A stretch of DNA of 64,000 nucleotides from Octopus vulgaris (GCA_951406725.2 OX597819.1:80414001-80478000), one strand, 5' to 3'; shown: positions 1 to 14,749, counted from the first letter of the stretch. Numbers and translations are program-made. The notes: generated by a model not told the origin, from the letters alone.

Positions 1-90
1 TCATCATTATCATCATCATCCTCACCATCATCGTTATTATTGCCATGACCATTATCATCATGCTCACCATTTTCACTACCACCACCGCCA

Positions 91-122
<32 letters not shown>

Positions 123-617
123 CGTCATCATCATCATCATCAACAAACAATATCAACATCATCATCATCATCATCATCATCAACACCATCATCATCATCA
201 ACATCGTCCGCGTTGTCATTGCCATTATCCTCCTCACCATGGCCACCACCACTATCCATCATTATGATCATCATAGCGGGCGTTGGTGTCGTCAGCGTTC
301 TCGCTGTCGCTGCATTGGTCGTCGTCATTGTATGATACCAGCATTTATCTTCCTTTTAGTAGAAGCACTTTTACAGTTTTATAACTGTCATTATTGCTCA
401 CTTGCATTGTAGCTGTCTTTTGTCGTCGTTGTTCTTGTTATGGTTGCTGTGGTTGTTGTGGTTTTTGCTTTTGTTGCTGTTGGTGTTGTTGATGTTATTG
501 TATTTAATCGATTCTGATGTCATTATCGATGTTGCTGCTGTTTATGGGGAAGATGCTAACGGTAACGTTGGACAACGATGGCGACGATGACAACAAGAGC
601 GGTTATGATGACGTTGC

Positions 618-683
<66 letters not shown>
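1..683. repeat. Degenerate trinucleotide tract (CAT, then GTT, then GAT)
   Basis: Visible simple repeats. Confidence 0.9.
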
Positions 684-843
684 GAGAGATGAGGATTTCA
701 AGTTATACCTTAGGAACCTGCCTCGCGCCTTTTGTACACGCAACTTTCAATGTTTATCGGCCATTTTTACTTAAATACACACACACACATGCATACATAC
801 ACTGACAACCACACCTACCCACCCCCACACACAAATATGCATT

Positions 844-886
<43 letters not shown>

Positions 887-920
887 ATACATATATACAC
901 AAAAGTTAAGGAATGGAGTA

Positions 921-1069
921 GATAAGATCCAGGCTACATATGTTTCAAAGCGAGGCTACATATGTTTCAAAGCAAGGCTACATATGTTTCAAAGCGAGCG
1001 GAACCGCGTAAGTGGAAAATATCCAAGCGAGGTGTATGCCGCAGGCTACCTCTTCAGGCTAAGGATATC
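921..1069 (-). ncRNA. Hammerhead motif with long stem II and triplicated 3' catalytic half
   Basis: Minus strand: gc-CTGAAGA-ggtagc..gcgg...ccgc..gcttt-GAAA-catatg-TA-gc. The unit aggctacatatgtttcaaagc (22-nt period) starts at 931, 953 and 975. Confidence 0.62.
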
Positions 1070-1775
1070 TTGATAAATGAAAGTTTACATTGTCGCAAGA
1101 AGGTGCATGCTAACACATGGAAGATTCGATCATAATGTGTAGAGAGCACAGTCGGAGTAGAGAATATAAATTTAGAGAGGAATTAGGATTAAAAGAAGGA
1201 AAAGGAAAAAAAAACCTAAGGGAGTGAGAAGAGGAATTTCAGCAAGGTTATTCGACGGCTAGTATTCAATAAGGCTATTTTGGGCCACACAGCAAATTAC
1301 GTAATCTTACTTACATAATTGTCCGTAGATCATCTTAAATTTAAAATTAAATTAATAAGTTCTTTAACTGGCAAAGGCCGCTGCAGTAAAGTATTATCTG
1401 CAGCATCAGTTTTTCCCGGTAATTTAGCACGCCAAAACGAGGACATTTTAAATAGTAGCCACGAGTGTAATGGGTAGGACTGTTTTACAAGTCTGACTTT
1501 GTGCGGACGTCCTAGTATGCAGTCTTACAAATTATATTCACCTGGACGGTCGTACCGATGATCTACTTATGTAAGTAAGATTACGTGATTTGTTGATAGT
1601 GAAACATGATAACGAATAATCCATATTTTTATTACTTTTTCTTTTGTCTTTCTCGATTACGTTTTGGTTGTTTTGCTAAATTTTTCTTGAGAACAATTCT
1701 TGGTTGTGAGACCGTAGCCGATCTATTTCTAGCATAAGGGTGTCCAAATAGTGGTTTCCCTCTAATATATATATA

Positions 1776-1947
1776 GGCTTAGGAGTGGCTGTGTGGTAAG
1801 TAGCTTGCTTACGAATCACATGGTTCCGGGTTCAGTCCCACTGCGTGGCACTTTGGGCAGGTGTCTTCTACATTTCTCCTCGGGCCGACCAAAGCTTTGT
1901 GAGTGGATTTGATAGACGGAAACTGAAAGAAGCCCGTCGTATATATG

Positions 1948-1998
<51 letters not shown>

Positions 1999-2208
1999 CT
2001 GTATTTGCCCCCTCCCCCCACATCACTTGACAATCGATCCTGGTGTGTTTACGTCCCCGTAACTTAGTGTTTTGGCATAAGAGACCGATAGAATAATTAC
2101 TAGAATTATAAAGAAGAAGTCCTGAGGTCGATTTGCTCGATTGAGGGCGGTGCTCCAGCATGGCCACAGTAAAATGACTGAAATAAGTTAAAGAGTAAAG
2201 AATAAAGA
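1776..2208 (+). mobile_element. tRNA-derived SINE family A (CORE-like box, internal (TA)(GT) microsatellite)
   Basis: A box tggctgtgtggtaag, B box gggttcagtccc, ttgggca(a/g)gtgtctt box and (gagtaaaa)n-type tail. Many copies in the window. Confidence 0.85.
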
Positions 2209-2224
2209 ATATATATATATACAC

Positions 2225-2258
<34 letters not shown>

Positions 2259-3479
2259 GCATATACACGGGTAAGTACAAACGAAAGAAAGAGGCATATT
2301 TAGCAGGACTTACTCATTATAATTTAAAACATTTTGATCCGGGCACATGCAACATAATGTTCCGTAGGCTTCTTATGGAAACCTAACCTAACTAATTGAG
2401 CTCAGGTTACCCAATGGTGATGTGACCGAAGACCAAGACGGCTACTGGAAACTAGGTCAAGTTTGGTCACACGGTGTTATTAAAAGTGGAATAGAAATTC
2501 CAGCGACACTAAATAAGTTAAAAAGGGATATTTCTCGAACCAACAACTGTATATATAGAGAGAGGGGTATAATAGAGATCAGCTTACCAGAAAATGTGAA
2601 TATTTCATTCAAAATTAATATTAAAAATTTTTTTTTAAAATATTTTGGACAATGATTTCAAATGGAATATTTTCTTTAGCATGTCCAATGCCTGAAATAT
2701 TACATATTTTAAAATTATTTTTCTTAATTGCATTTATAATTTAGGTGTACTAAATATATCTTATACAAAATCTCATATGGCTTGAACTGAAACTCACAGC
2801 GTACATTTATTTAATTAATAAATAATTGATTTTAACATCGCATTTTTATAACATGGATTTAATTAGATTCACAAATAATTGAATAATATAAATTATAAAA
2901 CTGTTCATATATGATTTTCTCTTATAAACTCAGTCTGGGTCATCGCGATATAACATTTGAATAATAGTTAGCCATTATGTCATCGTCTCAGCATTTCCGC
3001 TGTTTTAATAAATTGATGAAGTCTTTTTCGTTAATGCATCGATTACTGCACCATGATTTTCTGGAATGGAACCTAGAGGCGTATAAAAGAAATTACTTTC
3101 ATGACAACTAACCGGCCTAAAAAGGTTCTATACTTCAGTTCTATTTACAATGGGACTTATTCCTTTTATAGAAAGTTTTCACATAGCGCTCCAAGCTTTT
3201 AATTGCGATGTTTTGATGGTTAGTTCAAATTAAGTATCGTTGAAAATTTACCTGATTTGCGTCCTAATAAAACTCTGATCCTCAATTATGCAGCACGAAC
3301 ATTTGAGAGCTTCAAAAACACTGTGTTTTTGAATTGATTTTACTGGCCCTTTTGACATTCTTGCAATCAACTAAATGTACAGATTTGATACTATTCATTC
3401 CTGAAAATATGTTGAGTTTAGGAACCAGTTACATTGATTTTTTTTTACTTGAGTCTAGAGGAAGGCTCATTGCTCATGT

Positions 3480-4030
3480 GCTCTACGGGCCCTGTGAGAC
3501 TGATGTGTTCGATGCCATTAATGTTCTGTTTAAACTGTTCGAGACAGTACCTGCAGAAAAGACCTAAGAAGTGAGAAAATTACTGAGGACCGATGTTCTG
3601 GAGAGAAAGGACTGGATATAAATGGTTAGTGTAGGGCCGAGATTAAACGCACCAAGAGTGACAAGAGCTAGAAAGAGGAGTGGATAAGGAATGTTGGAGT
3701 GGTGGAGGTATGAGACCAGCTAGCTCCGAGAAACATAGACCCTTATAGTAGTGAACAAAGATTAAGAGAGAGAAGAGCGGACCGTACACTAGCAAACCAG
3801 AGATTAAAGTGAGGTATCTTAGTAATTGAATTCAAGTTAGGTGAGTAGTCCGTCCATGTATGTAGTCCAAGATATCTATGTACGACTGAGCAGTACCCTA
3901 TCATGGAACTCAAGTGAGCCTTGTAGAATGTCGGCAGCTGTTGCAGTGCTGAAATATTTACTGATCCTGAAGAGAATGGCTAGTCGTTAGAATGCAGGCC
4001 TTGCATGTTTAGTAGGAGTGTGGTGTGACG
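3480..4030 (-). pseudogene. CR1-group (Zenon-like) LINE RT C-terminal remnant
   Basis: Minus strand reads RLAILFRISKYFS, LPTFYKAHLSSMIGYCS, LIFVHYYKGLCFSELAGLIPPP and SFLSRTSVL, with stops and frameshifts. Confidence 0.65.
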
Positions 4031-4059
4031 ATGTTTCTTCATATAAGTAGAGCTTGAGT

Positions 4060-4385
4060 TTACTTACAAAACAGTATCTTCTAAAACCTGCTTATATGCG
4101 CATAGGCATGCCAATAATTTCGATATCACCACAGAGAATCCATTGATGAACAAGTTATCGAATAGTAGTAAGCTGTATATCATTGTTACCATGTGTTAGT
4201 TTTAGATGGACAGAGTAGGTGTGAGAATGCATTGATATACATGTCCATTATGCTATGCTATAGAACTGCTTTTCAAGATTCTTTGTGATGAATCAATGAA
4301 GAGGCGCCAGTCAGATGCAGCATGAATCTTGCACGAGTTTCTGAAGAGTTCATTGATGTCAGTGCAAATAACAGAAGCAGACTGT
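4060..4385 (-). pseudogene. Second, more decayed Chapaev3-like transposase fragment
   Basis: Minus-strand translation gives ICTDINELF..SDWRLFIDSSQRILK(AVL) and QWILCGDIEII, the catalytic region typical of this family. Confidence 0.7.
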
Positions 4386-4594
4386 CTAATGTAAAGCATG
4401 TTGCCAAATTACAACTTCACTTTCAACAGCGAATCAATCGCACATATGATTATGCATCGTCAGTATAATTGCTATCATCATAATCCTCCTCCTCTTCATC
4501 ATCATCATCGTCATCATCGTCGTCACCATCGTCATCACCACCACTACGACATTGACTATACCATATATACATTTACACATACACACGTACAAAT

Positions 4595-4627
<33 letters not shown>

Positions 4628-4629
4628 TA

Positions 4630-4672
<43 letters not shown>

Positions 4673-4729
4673 GTATGTATGTATTTATGTATGTATGTAT
4701 ATATGTATATTCAGGTATCAAACCTCTTA

Positions 4730-5023
4730 TCCAAAACAACATGATGTCGCCTCTGCACTCGCCCTATTTTCCAAATCTAGCAACTGCAGCTCAAAGGTCG
4801 CCGTTTTAACACCGTTTCTCGAAATCAAGAGCGAATCGCAGAAGGTTCTCGACTCGCTTACGGAAAACGACTTCCAGGCCGCATTCAAAATGTGGCAGGA
4901 ACGCTGCAACCGATGTACTGTGGCGCAAGGTGACTATTTCGAAGGAGATGATGTTAACACCTGCGTAAATACGTTTGTTCTTATTAAGCATAACTAGTCC
5001 GGGAATCTTTTGATACCACCTCG
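4730..5023 (+). mobile_element. 3' fragment of the same mariner family
   Basis: LHSPYFPNLA and WQERCNRCTVAQGDYFEGD, then the right TIR actagtccgggaatcttttgataccacctcg followed by TA. Confidence 0.8.
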
Positions 5024-5365
5024 TATAATTGAACATGTTATACCTTACATGCTATTTATATATTTTACAAAGAAATCTATTTCTTGTGCATACAAATACG
5101 GTAGTGTGCACACCTCTGTCTTTATATGTATATATGCTTGCATTTGTGTCTGTAGTGCGCGCTCTCTCACTTTGTTTATCTGTGTATATCAGTGCCTATG
5201 AATAATTGATGTACTCACGTATGTATATATGTATGCATATATACCTATATATGCGTATGTCCACGTCCGTCTCCATGTTTGTTTGTATATATATATATTT
5301 ACACATACATACAGACATATATATATATATTTATATACATGCATATACACACACGCAACCACTCA

Positions 5366-5400
<35 letters not shown>

Positions 5401-5743
5401 GCACATATATATATATACATATATATACATATGTATGCGTGTGAATATACATACACATGTACATATTACATAAATGAAGACGTATGTAAGCTTATACGTA
5501 CGTACCTAATTATGTACGTACAGATGTTTCTATGTTTATATGTACACATGTATGTAAGTATATTTGCATGTATAATTTATAGAGGGCTTCGTTTCAACCA
5601 CTTACCAAATAGATGCTTGAAAACTCAACTCCATTTATTAATCTTTTCAAAAGAAAACATTCTATTATTGTTTTTGTAGTTATTACTAATTTTTTTTCTT
5701 ATTGTACTCTCTTTCTCTGCGCATTAGTGCTAATTTGTTGATT

Positions 5744-5794
<51 letters not shown>

Positions 5795-5839
5795 GCACGC
5801 ACGCACATGCATGCATACACTTTTATCTACTTCCTTGTT

Positions 5840-5961
5840 ACTATTATCATTATTATTATTAGTAGTAGTACTATTAGTGGTGGTGGTGGGCGGTTGTGGT
5901 GGCGGCGGCGGCGCCGGTGGCGATGGTGGTGGTAGTGGTGTTGCTGTTAGTGGTGGTGGAA

Positions 5962-6015
<54 letters not shown>

Positions 6016-6162
6016 TTTTCTTTGGTTACGGTGCAGTTGTTTTTCTGTCATCGTCATCATCCTCTTTATCATAAATTTTTATCATTGTCCTAATATCCAC
6101 CTCATCCGATCCCCCGGTGACAACAGAAATCATCATTATTATTATTTTTAGTAGTAGTAGTT

Positions 6163-6203
<41 letters not shown>

Positions 6204-6342
6204 TGTTGTTGTTGTTGTAGTAGTAGTAGCAGCAGCAACAAAATCATCCTCGTCATCGTCGTCGTCGTCGTCGTCATCATCATCTCCATCATCATCACTA
6301 CCACCACCATCATTATCATCATTGTCATTATTATTATTATCA

Positions 6343-6373
<31 letters not shown>

Positions 6374-6516
6374 TATCATCATCATTATTATCATTATCAT
6401 TATTATCATTATTATTATCATTATTATTATCATTATTATTATCATTATTATTATCATTATTATCATTATCATTATTATCATTATCATTATTATCATTATT
6501 ATTATCATTATTATTA

Positions 6517-6568
<52 letters not shown>

Positions 6569-6570
6569 TA

Positions 6571-6615
<45 letters not shown>
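5840..6615. repeat. Compound trinucleotide tract (GGT, AGT, CAT, ATT)
   Basis: Visible simple repeats. Confidence 0.9.
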
Positions 6616-6972
6616 ATTCATCTATTTCTGAAGCGTTTTTGTTGCTGCTTTGCGTGATCGTTTTGGTGCCGTTTGTTTTCTGCCGTTTGCTTTCTCTGCA
6701 CTTTCTTTTCGCCTAAATTTTCTCAGTTTCAATATCACTGCCATGCTTATTACAAAAATTCGACTTACGTAAATCTCTGATTTTCCCCATGTTTTATTTT
6801 GACTTGTATACATTCACTCATCACAGCCCCTTTACAAATTAGCAAGTTTACCCAATGATTGCCTAACGATAGTGATATATGGTTGTATGTATATTGTACG
6901 TGTTAACGTCTGTATGCACGTGTAGGTTGCATTTACACACACGCACACTCACATATATATATAATATTGTAT

Positions 6973-7008
<36 letters not shown>

Positions 7009-7289
7009 TACACACACGTGTGTGAATGCCTGTGTGTGCGTGTGTGTCTGCGCGTGTATGTATGCACATGACCATATATATATATTTAGATGTATCGTGC
7101 GTGTATACGCATAGAAAGATACATACGTAATTAGACACGTATTTACACTTATAGATATGTAGAAACACACATATTTATGTATTTATAGATGCACATGTAT
7201 ATAAATATATATATGTTATTTATGCATATTATACTATATTATGTTATATCTATATATGTATATATTCGTTTGAATACACACACATACCA

Positions 7290-7382
<93 letters not shown>

Positions 7383-7789
7383 AAATCCTCCTACCATCTA
7401 ACAGGGATTGATTTATACCGGTTTTCTACCTGAAGAAATGTAAAAACAAAGGATTGAAAATTCTTAACTGAAAGATAATCCATAGCAAATTGGAATTTAT
7501 TTATTAAACACCGCTGGTGCTTTTTGTATAGTTCATTTTCTTTTACTGATAGGGTGATTTATGAAAACGACCATCAGATGGAAAACACAGGCCAACCTTG
7601 TGTGGCTTCTATGCTGTATTCTTGCCTTTATATTTTGACACATATTTATGTCCCTTCATGAGGAACTCTTCTTTTATATAAGTTCTCGGTTCTAGAGTCG
7701 TTAGTTATGTGCATCAGTGTATGATTGTATATATGCGCAGCTTTTCATATATACTTCTATTTGTTTGTGTGTGCCAGTACGTATAAGTT

Positions 7790-7849
<60 letters not shown>

Positions 7850-7880
7850 GTGTGTGTGAGTGTGAATATATAGATGTGTG

Positions 7881-7946
<66 letters not shown>

Positions 7947-8159
7947 TGTATGTATGTATGTATATGTATCTATATCTGTACATATATATTATACATGCAT
8001 GCATAATGAACACATATAAATAAGAGTTAGAGAGAGATGGAGAAGGAGAATCAGAACAGGTGAGAGAGTGCGAGATGATTAAATATGAAGAGATGTAGGT
8101 AAATAGATAGATGTAAGCATATATATCAACTAATTAGTAATAAATATAAATTTGTATGC

Positions 8160-8213
<54 letters not shown>

Positions 8214-8253
8214 CTATATATTTACACATATTTTGTATATTTATGTATGCGTG

Positions 8254-8285
<32 letters not shown>

Positions 8286-8869
8286 TGTATGTATGCAAGT
8301 AAGTATGTATGCATAAACTTATATATACATACATGCTTGTATATGTGTCTGAGTGTAAGTGTGTTAATATTCATTTATTTATTTTCCCAAACTAATTAAA
8401 AACTCGCATTTGTTGAACATAAATAAAAAACAAATAGAAGACACAAATTAGTAAAACAGAAAACAAAATAATAAGGCATTATCAATGCAAAATAAAATCA
8501 CAACAAACAACAACCGAACAAAAACATTTCAATATAATCTTACACAAAAACAGAAAATACCATTAAACAACAACAACAAAAGAACAACAACGACAGCTGT
8601 AACAGCGGCAACGGCATAATCAATGCCATCATCAAAAATAACAACGAACGCAGAGTAAATATAATACCACCAACAGCCTCAACAATTATAAAAACAACTA
8701 ATGCAATAATGAGCAACGTAAGGCATTTAAATATTCAAATGCAGAGAGAAATGAATAATTGCTTAGAATTCAATAAGACGGAACTTTTGCCATGAATCAA
8801 TTTAGAAAATGGCGCTAATATTGGTATGAATCTGTGTGGATGTAAGCTAGTAAGTATATTCGTGTATGC

Positions 8870-9205
<336 letters not shown>

Positions 9206-9290
9206 TTTTGTAAATGCGTGTTTTGTATTTGCTTTTAATCTCGTCACTTGTCGTTCTTTGTTCTTTGATTCTTGATTCTGATGTGTGTGT

Positions 9291-9327
<37 letters not shown>

Positions 9328-9715
9328 CGTGAGTGTGTGAGTATGAATGTATATGTATGTGTAATTCCTTGTACCTTCCGTTTTTATTTTTAATTCTACT
9401 CGATTTTACGTATTTATTCCAATCCGTACGTATACATTCATACAGATACACACATACACACACACACACACACACGCATGCACACACACACACGCACACA
9501 CACAGACATATATATACGCGTACGTATGTGTATATTTGTGTTCAGATATGTTTGTGCGAGTATGTACACATAGGTATATATATTTACAAAATTTGTTGCT
9601 TTATAATGTCGTTATTTTTCTCCAGCTTTTTTGTATAATTTCTCGATCTTATATGCTTAATTGCTTATCTACAGTGTGTGTCTGTGCATGTGTACTGTAT
9701 GTGTGTAAGTATACG

Positions 9716-9757
<42 letters not shown>

Positions 9758-10500
9758 GATATATATATATATTATACATGTATGTACATATCTACTTATA
9801 CATATATACAAAAACATTTATATGCATGTTTGTATGTTTATCAACACCCACATGTACACACAGATATATATATATATATATATATACATTTATACGCGCG
9901 TTTTCCTCGTTATTCAGCAAAACGTTATTATTCAATTATTTATATATTCATATTTTATAAAGCACTTATTTTTCGAAATTATTTTATTTTACATTGTTAC
10001 GTTGAATATTATTTTTCGTTTATAAAATATTTTTGTTCACATCTTCTTTCATCTCTTGTTTTTTGTCTATATTTCTGCCATTATTTATTTATATATATAT
10101 TTGCTTATTCATAAGATCTTTTGAAAGGTTTTCAATATATAGGGAAAAGAAAAATTAAAATTACATAGATACAAAAAAAACACACCCGAACCCGTAAAAC
10201 AAACAGCAAATAGTCAAATACTAAAGAATATTAACCCTGTCTTCTCCTTCTGTCTATCTATTTTACTATCTGCTTCTCGCCATTTTAACTATCTCTCTAT
10301 TGATATTTTCATTTAGATTTTTTTTTTTTCTTATTTGTCATCTTCCTGAACCGTCTATCTGTCTCTTTTACTGTTATATTACCAACGTGCCTGCATAATC
10401 ATTTTCACATATATTGTTTTATTTATACATTGTGAATATCTATCTATCTATCTAACTTTCTATATACATACATACATACATACATACATACATACATACA

Positions 10501-10898
10501 GGCGCAGGAGTGGCTGTGTGGTAAGTAGCTTGCTAACCAACCACATGGGTGCGGGTTCAGTCCCACTGCGTGGCATCTTGGGCAAGTGTCTTCTGCTATA
10601 GCCCCGGGCCGACCAATGCCTTGTGAGTGGATTTGGTAGACGGAAACTGAAAGAAGCCTGTCGTATGTATATATATATATATATATGTGTTTGTGTGTCT
10701 GTGTTTGTCCCCCTAGCATTGCTTGACAACCGATGGTGGTGTGTTTACGTCCCCGTCACTTAGCGGTTCGGCAAAAGAGATCGAAAGAATAAGTACTGGA
10801 CTTACAAAGAATAAGTCCCGGGGTCGACTAAAGGTGGTGCTCCAGCATGGCCGCAGTCAAATGACTGAAACAAGTAAAAGAGTAAAAGAGTAAAAGAG
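10501..10898 (+). mobile_element. SINE family A, full length
   Basis: Same head, body and tail as 1776-2208. Confidence 0.88.
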
Positions 10899-11057
10899 TA
10901 TATATATATATATATACCTATCATTTTAAGGAAATTAATTCGTCGAAAATACTAGGTATTGAACCAGTATTTCCTTGGATGGAACTATGTCTCATGAGAT
11001 TAACACAACCTCTAATCGAATGTATATATATGTATATATATGTGAATGTGTGTGTGT

Positions 11058-11269
11058 TCTTTTACTTGTTTCAGTCATTTGACTGCGGCCATGCTATAGC
11101 ACTGCCTCTAAGGGTTTTAGTCGAAAAATCGACCCCAGGACTTATTATTTGTAAGCCTAATACTTATTCTATCGCTCTCTTTTGCCGAACACCTCTAAGC
11201 TATGGGTATCTAACACACCAGCATCGGTTGTCAAGCAATGGTGGGGGAACAAAAACAAACACACACACA

Positions 11270-11334
<65 letters not shown>

Positions 11335-11477
11335 TACGTTCATTTCAGCTTCCGTTAATCAAATCCACCCACAAGGCTTTGATTGGTCCAAGGCTATAGT
11401 ACAAGATACTTGTCCAAGGTGCTACGCAGTGGGACTGAACCCGCAACCATTTGGTTGGCAAGCAACCTTCTTACCGC
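11058..11477 (-). mobile_element. SINE family A, diverged
   Basis: Reverse complement of family A. Confidence 0.8.
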
Positions 11478-11498
11478 GCGCGCACACACACACACAGA

Positions 11499-11679
<181 letters not shown>

Positions 11680-12196
11680 AGAGAGTGAGAGAGAGACGTA
11701 TATACGTAAAGTCCGTCAGCAAGGTTTTGATGTCGGCCATACTGCAAAAAGTGCAGACAGGCAAGATGGATTCTGAAAGAACCCGTCGGTTGCTGTTTCT
11801 CTGCAATTATCATTAGTAGTATTCATATCAACACACTAGTTCGTGACTAATGAATCTATTGACGATGATCCATTTTTACGAGTAATGTGTTTTCTGAAAG
11901 ATGCTGCATGGCACTAGATTCCAAGGTTTCTCTGACCTCAATAACCCTATTTCAATGTTTCTCTGATCTCGATATTACTATGAATTAGGGGTCATGACGT
12001 ACCTTAAATATAGGATGACAGAGTTCTTCATGCGGCGATCAAGCAACAGTTCTATTGATATATTCTTTCAGGTGTATTTTTTTTTTAATTTACTATTTCT
12101 CCAACACCACGATGTATTGCAAAGGGCTTCGCGACATCCCGACTGGAAACCTCCGTCATGTTGTTTTGGTGCATATGTGCGTAAGAGTGAGTGAGT

Positions 12197-12255
<59 letters not shown>

Positions 12256-12886
12256 GTGTGTGTGTGCGTAGTGTGCGTGTACGTGTGTCTGTGTTATAGA
12301 TGCCTTTCTGGGTTGTAGGAACTATGTACTAAGCGACAGGAACTATGGTGTCTAAAGCTTCCCCTGGTACAACTCATCTCGTATCCGGTCCGGCACTTTC
12401 ATATGCAGCTATTTGTTGATGTTGTTTTTGCTGCATTAATGTTGCTGGTGTTGTTGCACAAGTTTAACCATGAAATTAACAAACCGCTAATGAATGTCAA
12501 CCCAACCCTGGAACCACAACTACGTGTCATCTTGTTATTTTAGGAAGATTTAGCTGGGTTTTTTTTTGCTGGTCGAGTAACCAAATGGGGGTCTCACTCG
12601 TGACACGTCGCTAAGTTATCCATGGAGAAACTTCTTTTCCCATAGTCCCGAGTTCACCAGTACCGTGTCAGTAAAATTAAGAGTAAACAGAAATTGTACG
12701 GAAGCCTGTCAAATAGATTTCCTCTATAATTCAAAGTTTCGCCCCCATCACTTACTGTGTTGTGACTGTCAGGATTACTTTAAGTGTTTTTGAAATACTA
12801 AGCCACTTACAAATTAATTCTATTGGGATATAATTCAATTAATGAGTTAGACATCATCTGCGGTTGTAGACTTCGTATGTAAGGAT

Positions 12887-13302
12887 CTCTTACTCTCTTA
12901 TTTTACTCTTTTACTTGTTTCAGTCATTTGACTGCGGCCATGCTGGAGCACCGCCTTTAATCGAGCAAATCGACCCCGGGACTTATTCTTTGTAAGCCCA
13001 GTACTTATTCTATCGGACTCTTTTGCCGAACCGCTAAGTGACTAGGACGTAAACACACCAGCATCGGTTGTCAAGCAATGCTGGGGGGACAAACACAGAC
13101 ACACAAACATATACACACACACTTATATATATATACATATTTACGACAGGCTTCTTTCAGTTTCCGTCTACCAAATCCACTCACAAGGCATTGGTCGGCC
13201 CGGGGCTATAGCAGAAGACACTTGCCCAAGATGCCACGCAGTGGAACTGAACCCGGAACCATGTGGTTGGTTAGCAAGCTACTTACCACACAGCCACTCC
13301 TA
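12887..13302 (-). mobile_element. SINE family A, full length
   Basis: Reverse complement, very similar to 10501-10898. Confidence 0.88.
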
Positions 13303-13632
13303 TTTTTTTTGGGGGAGGTTTGCAGTTCATGGTGATATACACTGCAGCAGGGTTCCCCAACCACCTTGTCGCCGACCAGTACAGGGCTGCACTTAAAGAA
13401 TGAGCTTTTAAATTTTATTTCTGTTTTCTTCACTATTTCAATCTTCAAGGCTTTTTTTGCATTATATATGTATGGCTGTGTGGTAAGTAGCTTGCTTACT
13501 AACCATATGGTTGCGGGTTCAGTCCCACTGCGTGGCACCTTGGGCAAATGTCTTCTACTATAGTCTCGGGCCGACCAAAGCCTTGTGAGTGGATTTGGTA
13601 GACGGAAACTGAAAGAAGCCCGTCGTATATAT

Positions 13633-13682
<50 letters not shown>

Positions 13683-13685
<3 letters not shown>

Positions 13686-14438
13686 ATGAAATGGATAAAT
13701 GAATTATCTTGTTACGGATTATTCAAACTTTAACCGATACATGTGTATCACACCAGAAAAGACACGGTTGAAGTTACGACCATGGGGTTTCGCCCCCGTG
13801 CTTTAGCGCGGATAATTGAAGTTTTATATATTTAGTGAAGGGAAGAAATGGAGCCGAACGAAGATTCTACAAAATTCCTTTTTATTATTTTCAATACATG
13901 TTTCAAAGGCTGCAAATTCCCAAATTCGGATTGAATAAGGAGACCATTCTGCAGCTTTCTCTTCAGGAAAATCCAGGAATTTAAAATCTCAAAACAAATG
14001 CACAGCAAGCTTTTCGAACAAAGCGCTCCCTAGGAGCCCATGGTAAAAATGGCACAAAACTGTCTCTCAATATGCGCTGACGTCAGAGTGGGTGAAGGCC
14101 GACGAAAAAATCCGTTGGAATAAACCTAGGTCAAACCACGGTCAAATCAGGTAGGGGAAGAATCACAGAAAACCCAAAGAGTGTGAATATATTCTGTATA
14201 ACTAGTGTTAATGTTCAAATTGTCTTAAGAATGACAGTTATCTTATTTGGGTGTGATGAACTACCTACATGTATGTGTGTGTGTATGCGCCTATGTATGT
14301 GTGGCAGTATGTTAGGAAGCAGCTAGAGAGAAAATATATTGTATTGTAGGCATTGCTGGTCAAGCGGCTGATAAAATTTGAAACATGTGTAGAAAATAAT
14401 AAAAAGGAATTTTGTAGAATCTTCGTTCTTCCCTTCAC

Positions 14439-14447
<9 letters not shown>
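13683..14447 (-). mobile_element. Penelope-like pLTR remnant with inverted terminal segments
   Basis: 13825-13907 is the reverse complement of 14377-14447. Contains a hammerhead and is bounded by (TA)n inside a SINE. Confidence 0.65.
13887..13972 (-). ncRNA. Hammerhead ribozyme motif with long stem II
   Basis: Minus strand: attttc-CTGAAGA-gaaagctgcag(33-nt loop)ttgcagccttt-GAAA-catg-TA-ttgaaaat. Stem I is offset by 2 nt. Confidence 0.68.
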
Positions 14448-14483
<36 letters not shown>

Positions 14484-14749
14484 GTATGTGTGTATGTATG
14501 TATGTATGTATGTATGTATGTATGTATGTATGTGTGTGTGTGTATAAGTTTGTGTGTCTGTGTTTGCCCCCCAACATCACTTGACAACCGATGCTGGTGT
14601 GTTTACGTCCCCGTCATATAGCGGTTCGGCAAAAGAGACCGATAGAATAAGTACTAGGCTTACAAAGAATATTTGGTCGATTTGCTCGACCAAAGGCGGT
14701 GCTCCAGCATGGCTACTGTCAAATGACTGAAACAAGTAAACGAGTTATG

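Larger units (their letters stand above)
13473..14744 (+). mobile_element. SINE family A split by a PLE insertion
   Basis: 5' half at 13473-13628 and 3' half at about 14545-14744. Confidence 0.8.

Noticed and set aside
931-995. Direct repeats (22-nt period) as a CRISPR array
   Set aside because: No spacers and a eukaryotic context. Explained as a duplicated hammerhead half.
2925-2990. Minus-strand YRDD suggesting an RT active site
   Set aside because: Flanked by stops, with no other RT motifs recognisable.
3967-3996. CTGAAGA + hairpin hammerhead candidate
   Set aside because: No GAAA or stem III, and it lies within LINE coding sequence on the other strand.
11690-12180. Unique-looking segment as an exon or PLE endonuclease remnant
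   Set aside because: No interpretable motif or sustained reading frame on either strand.
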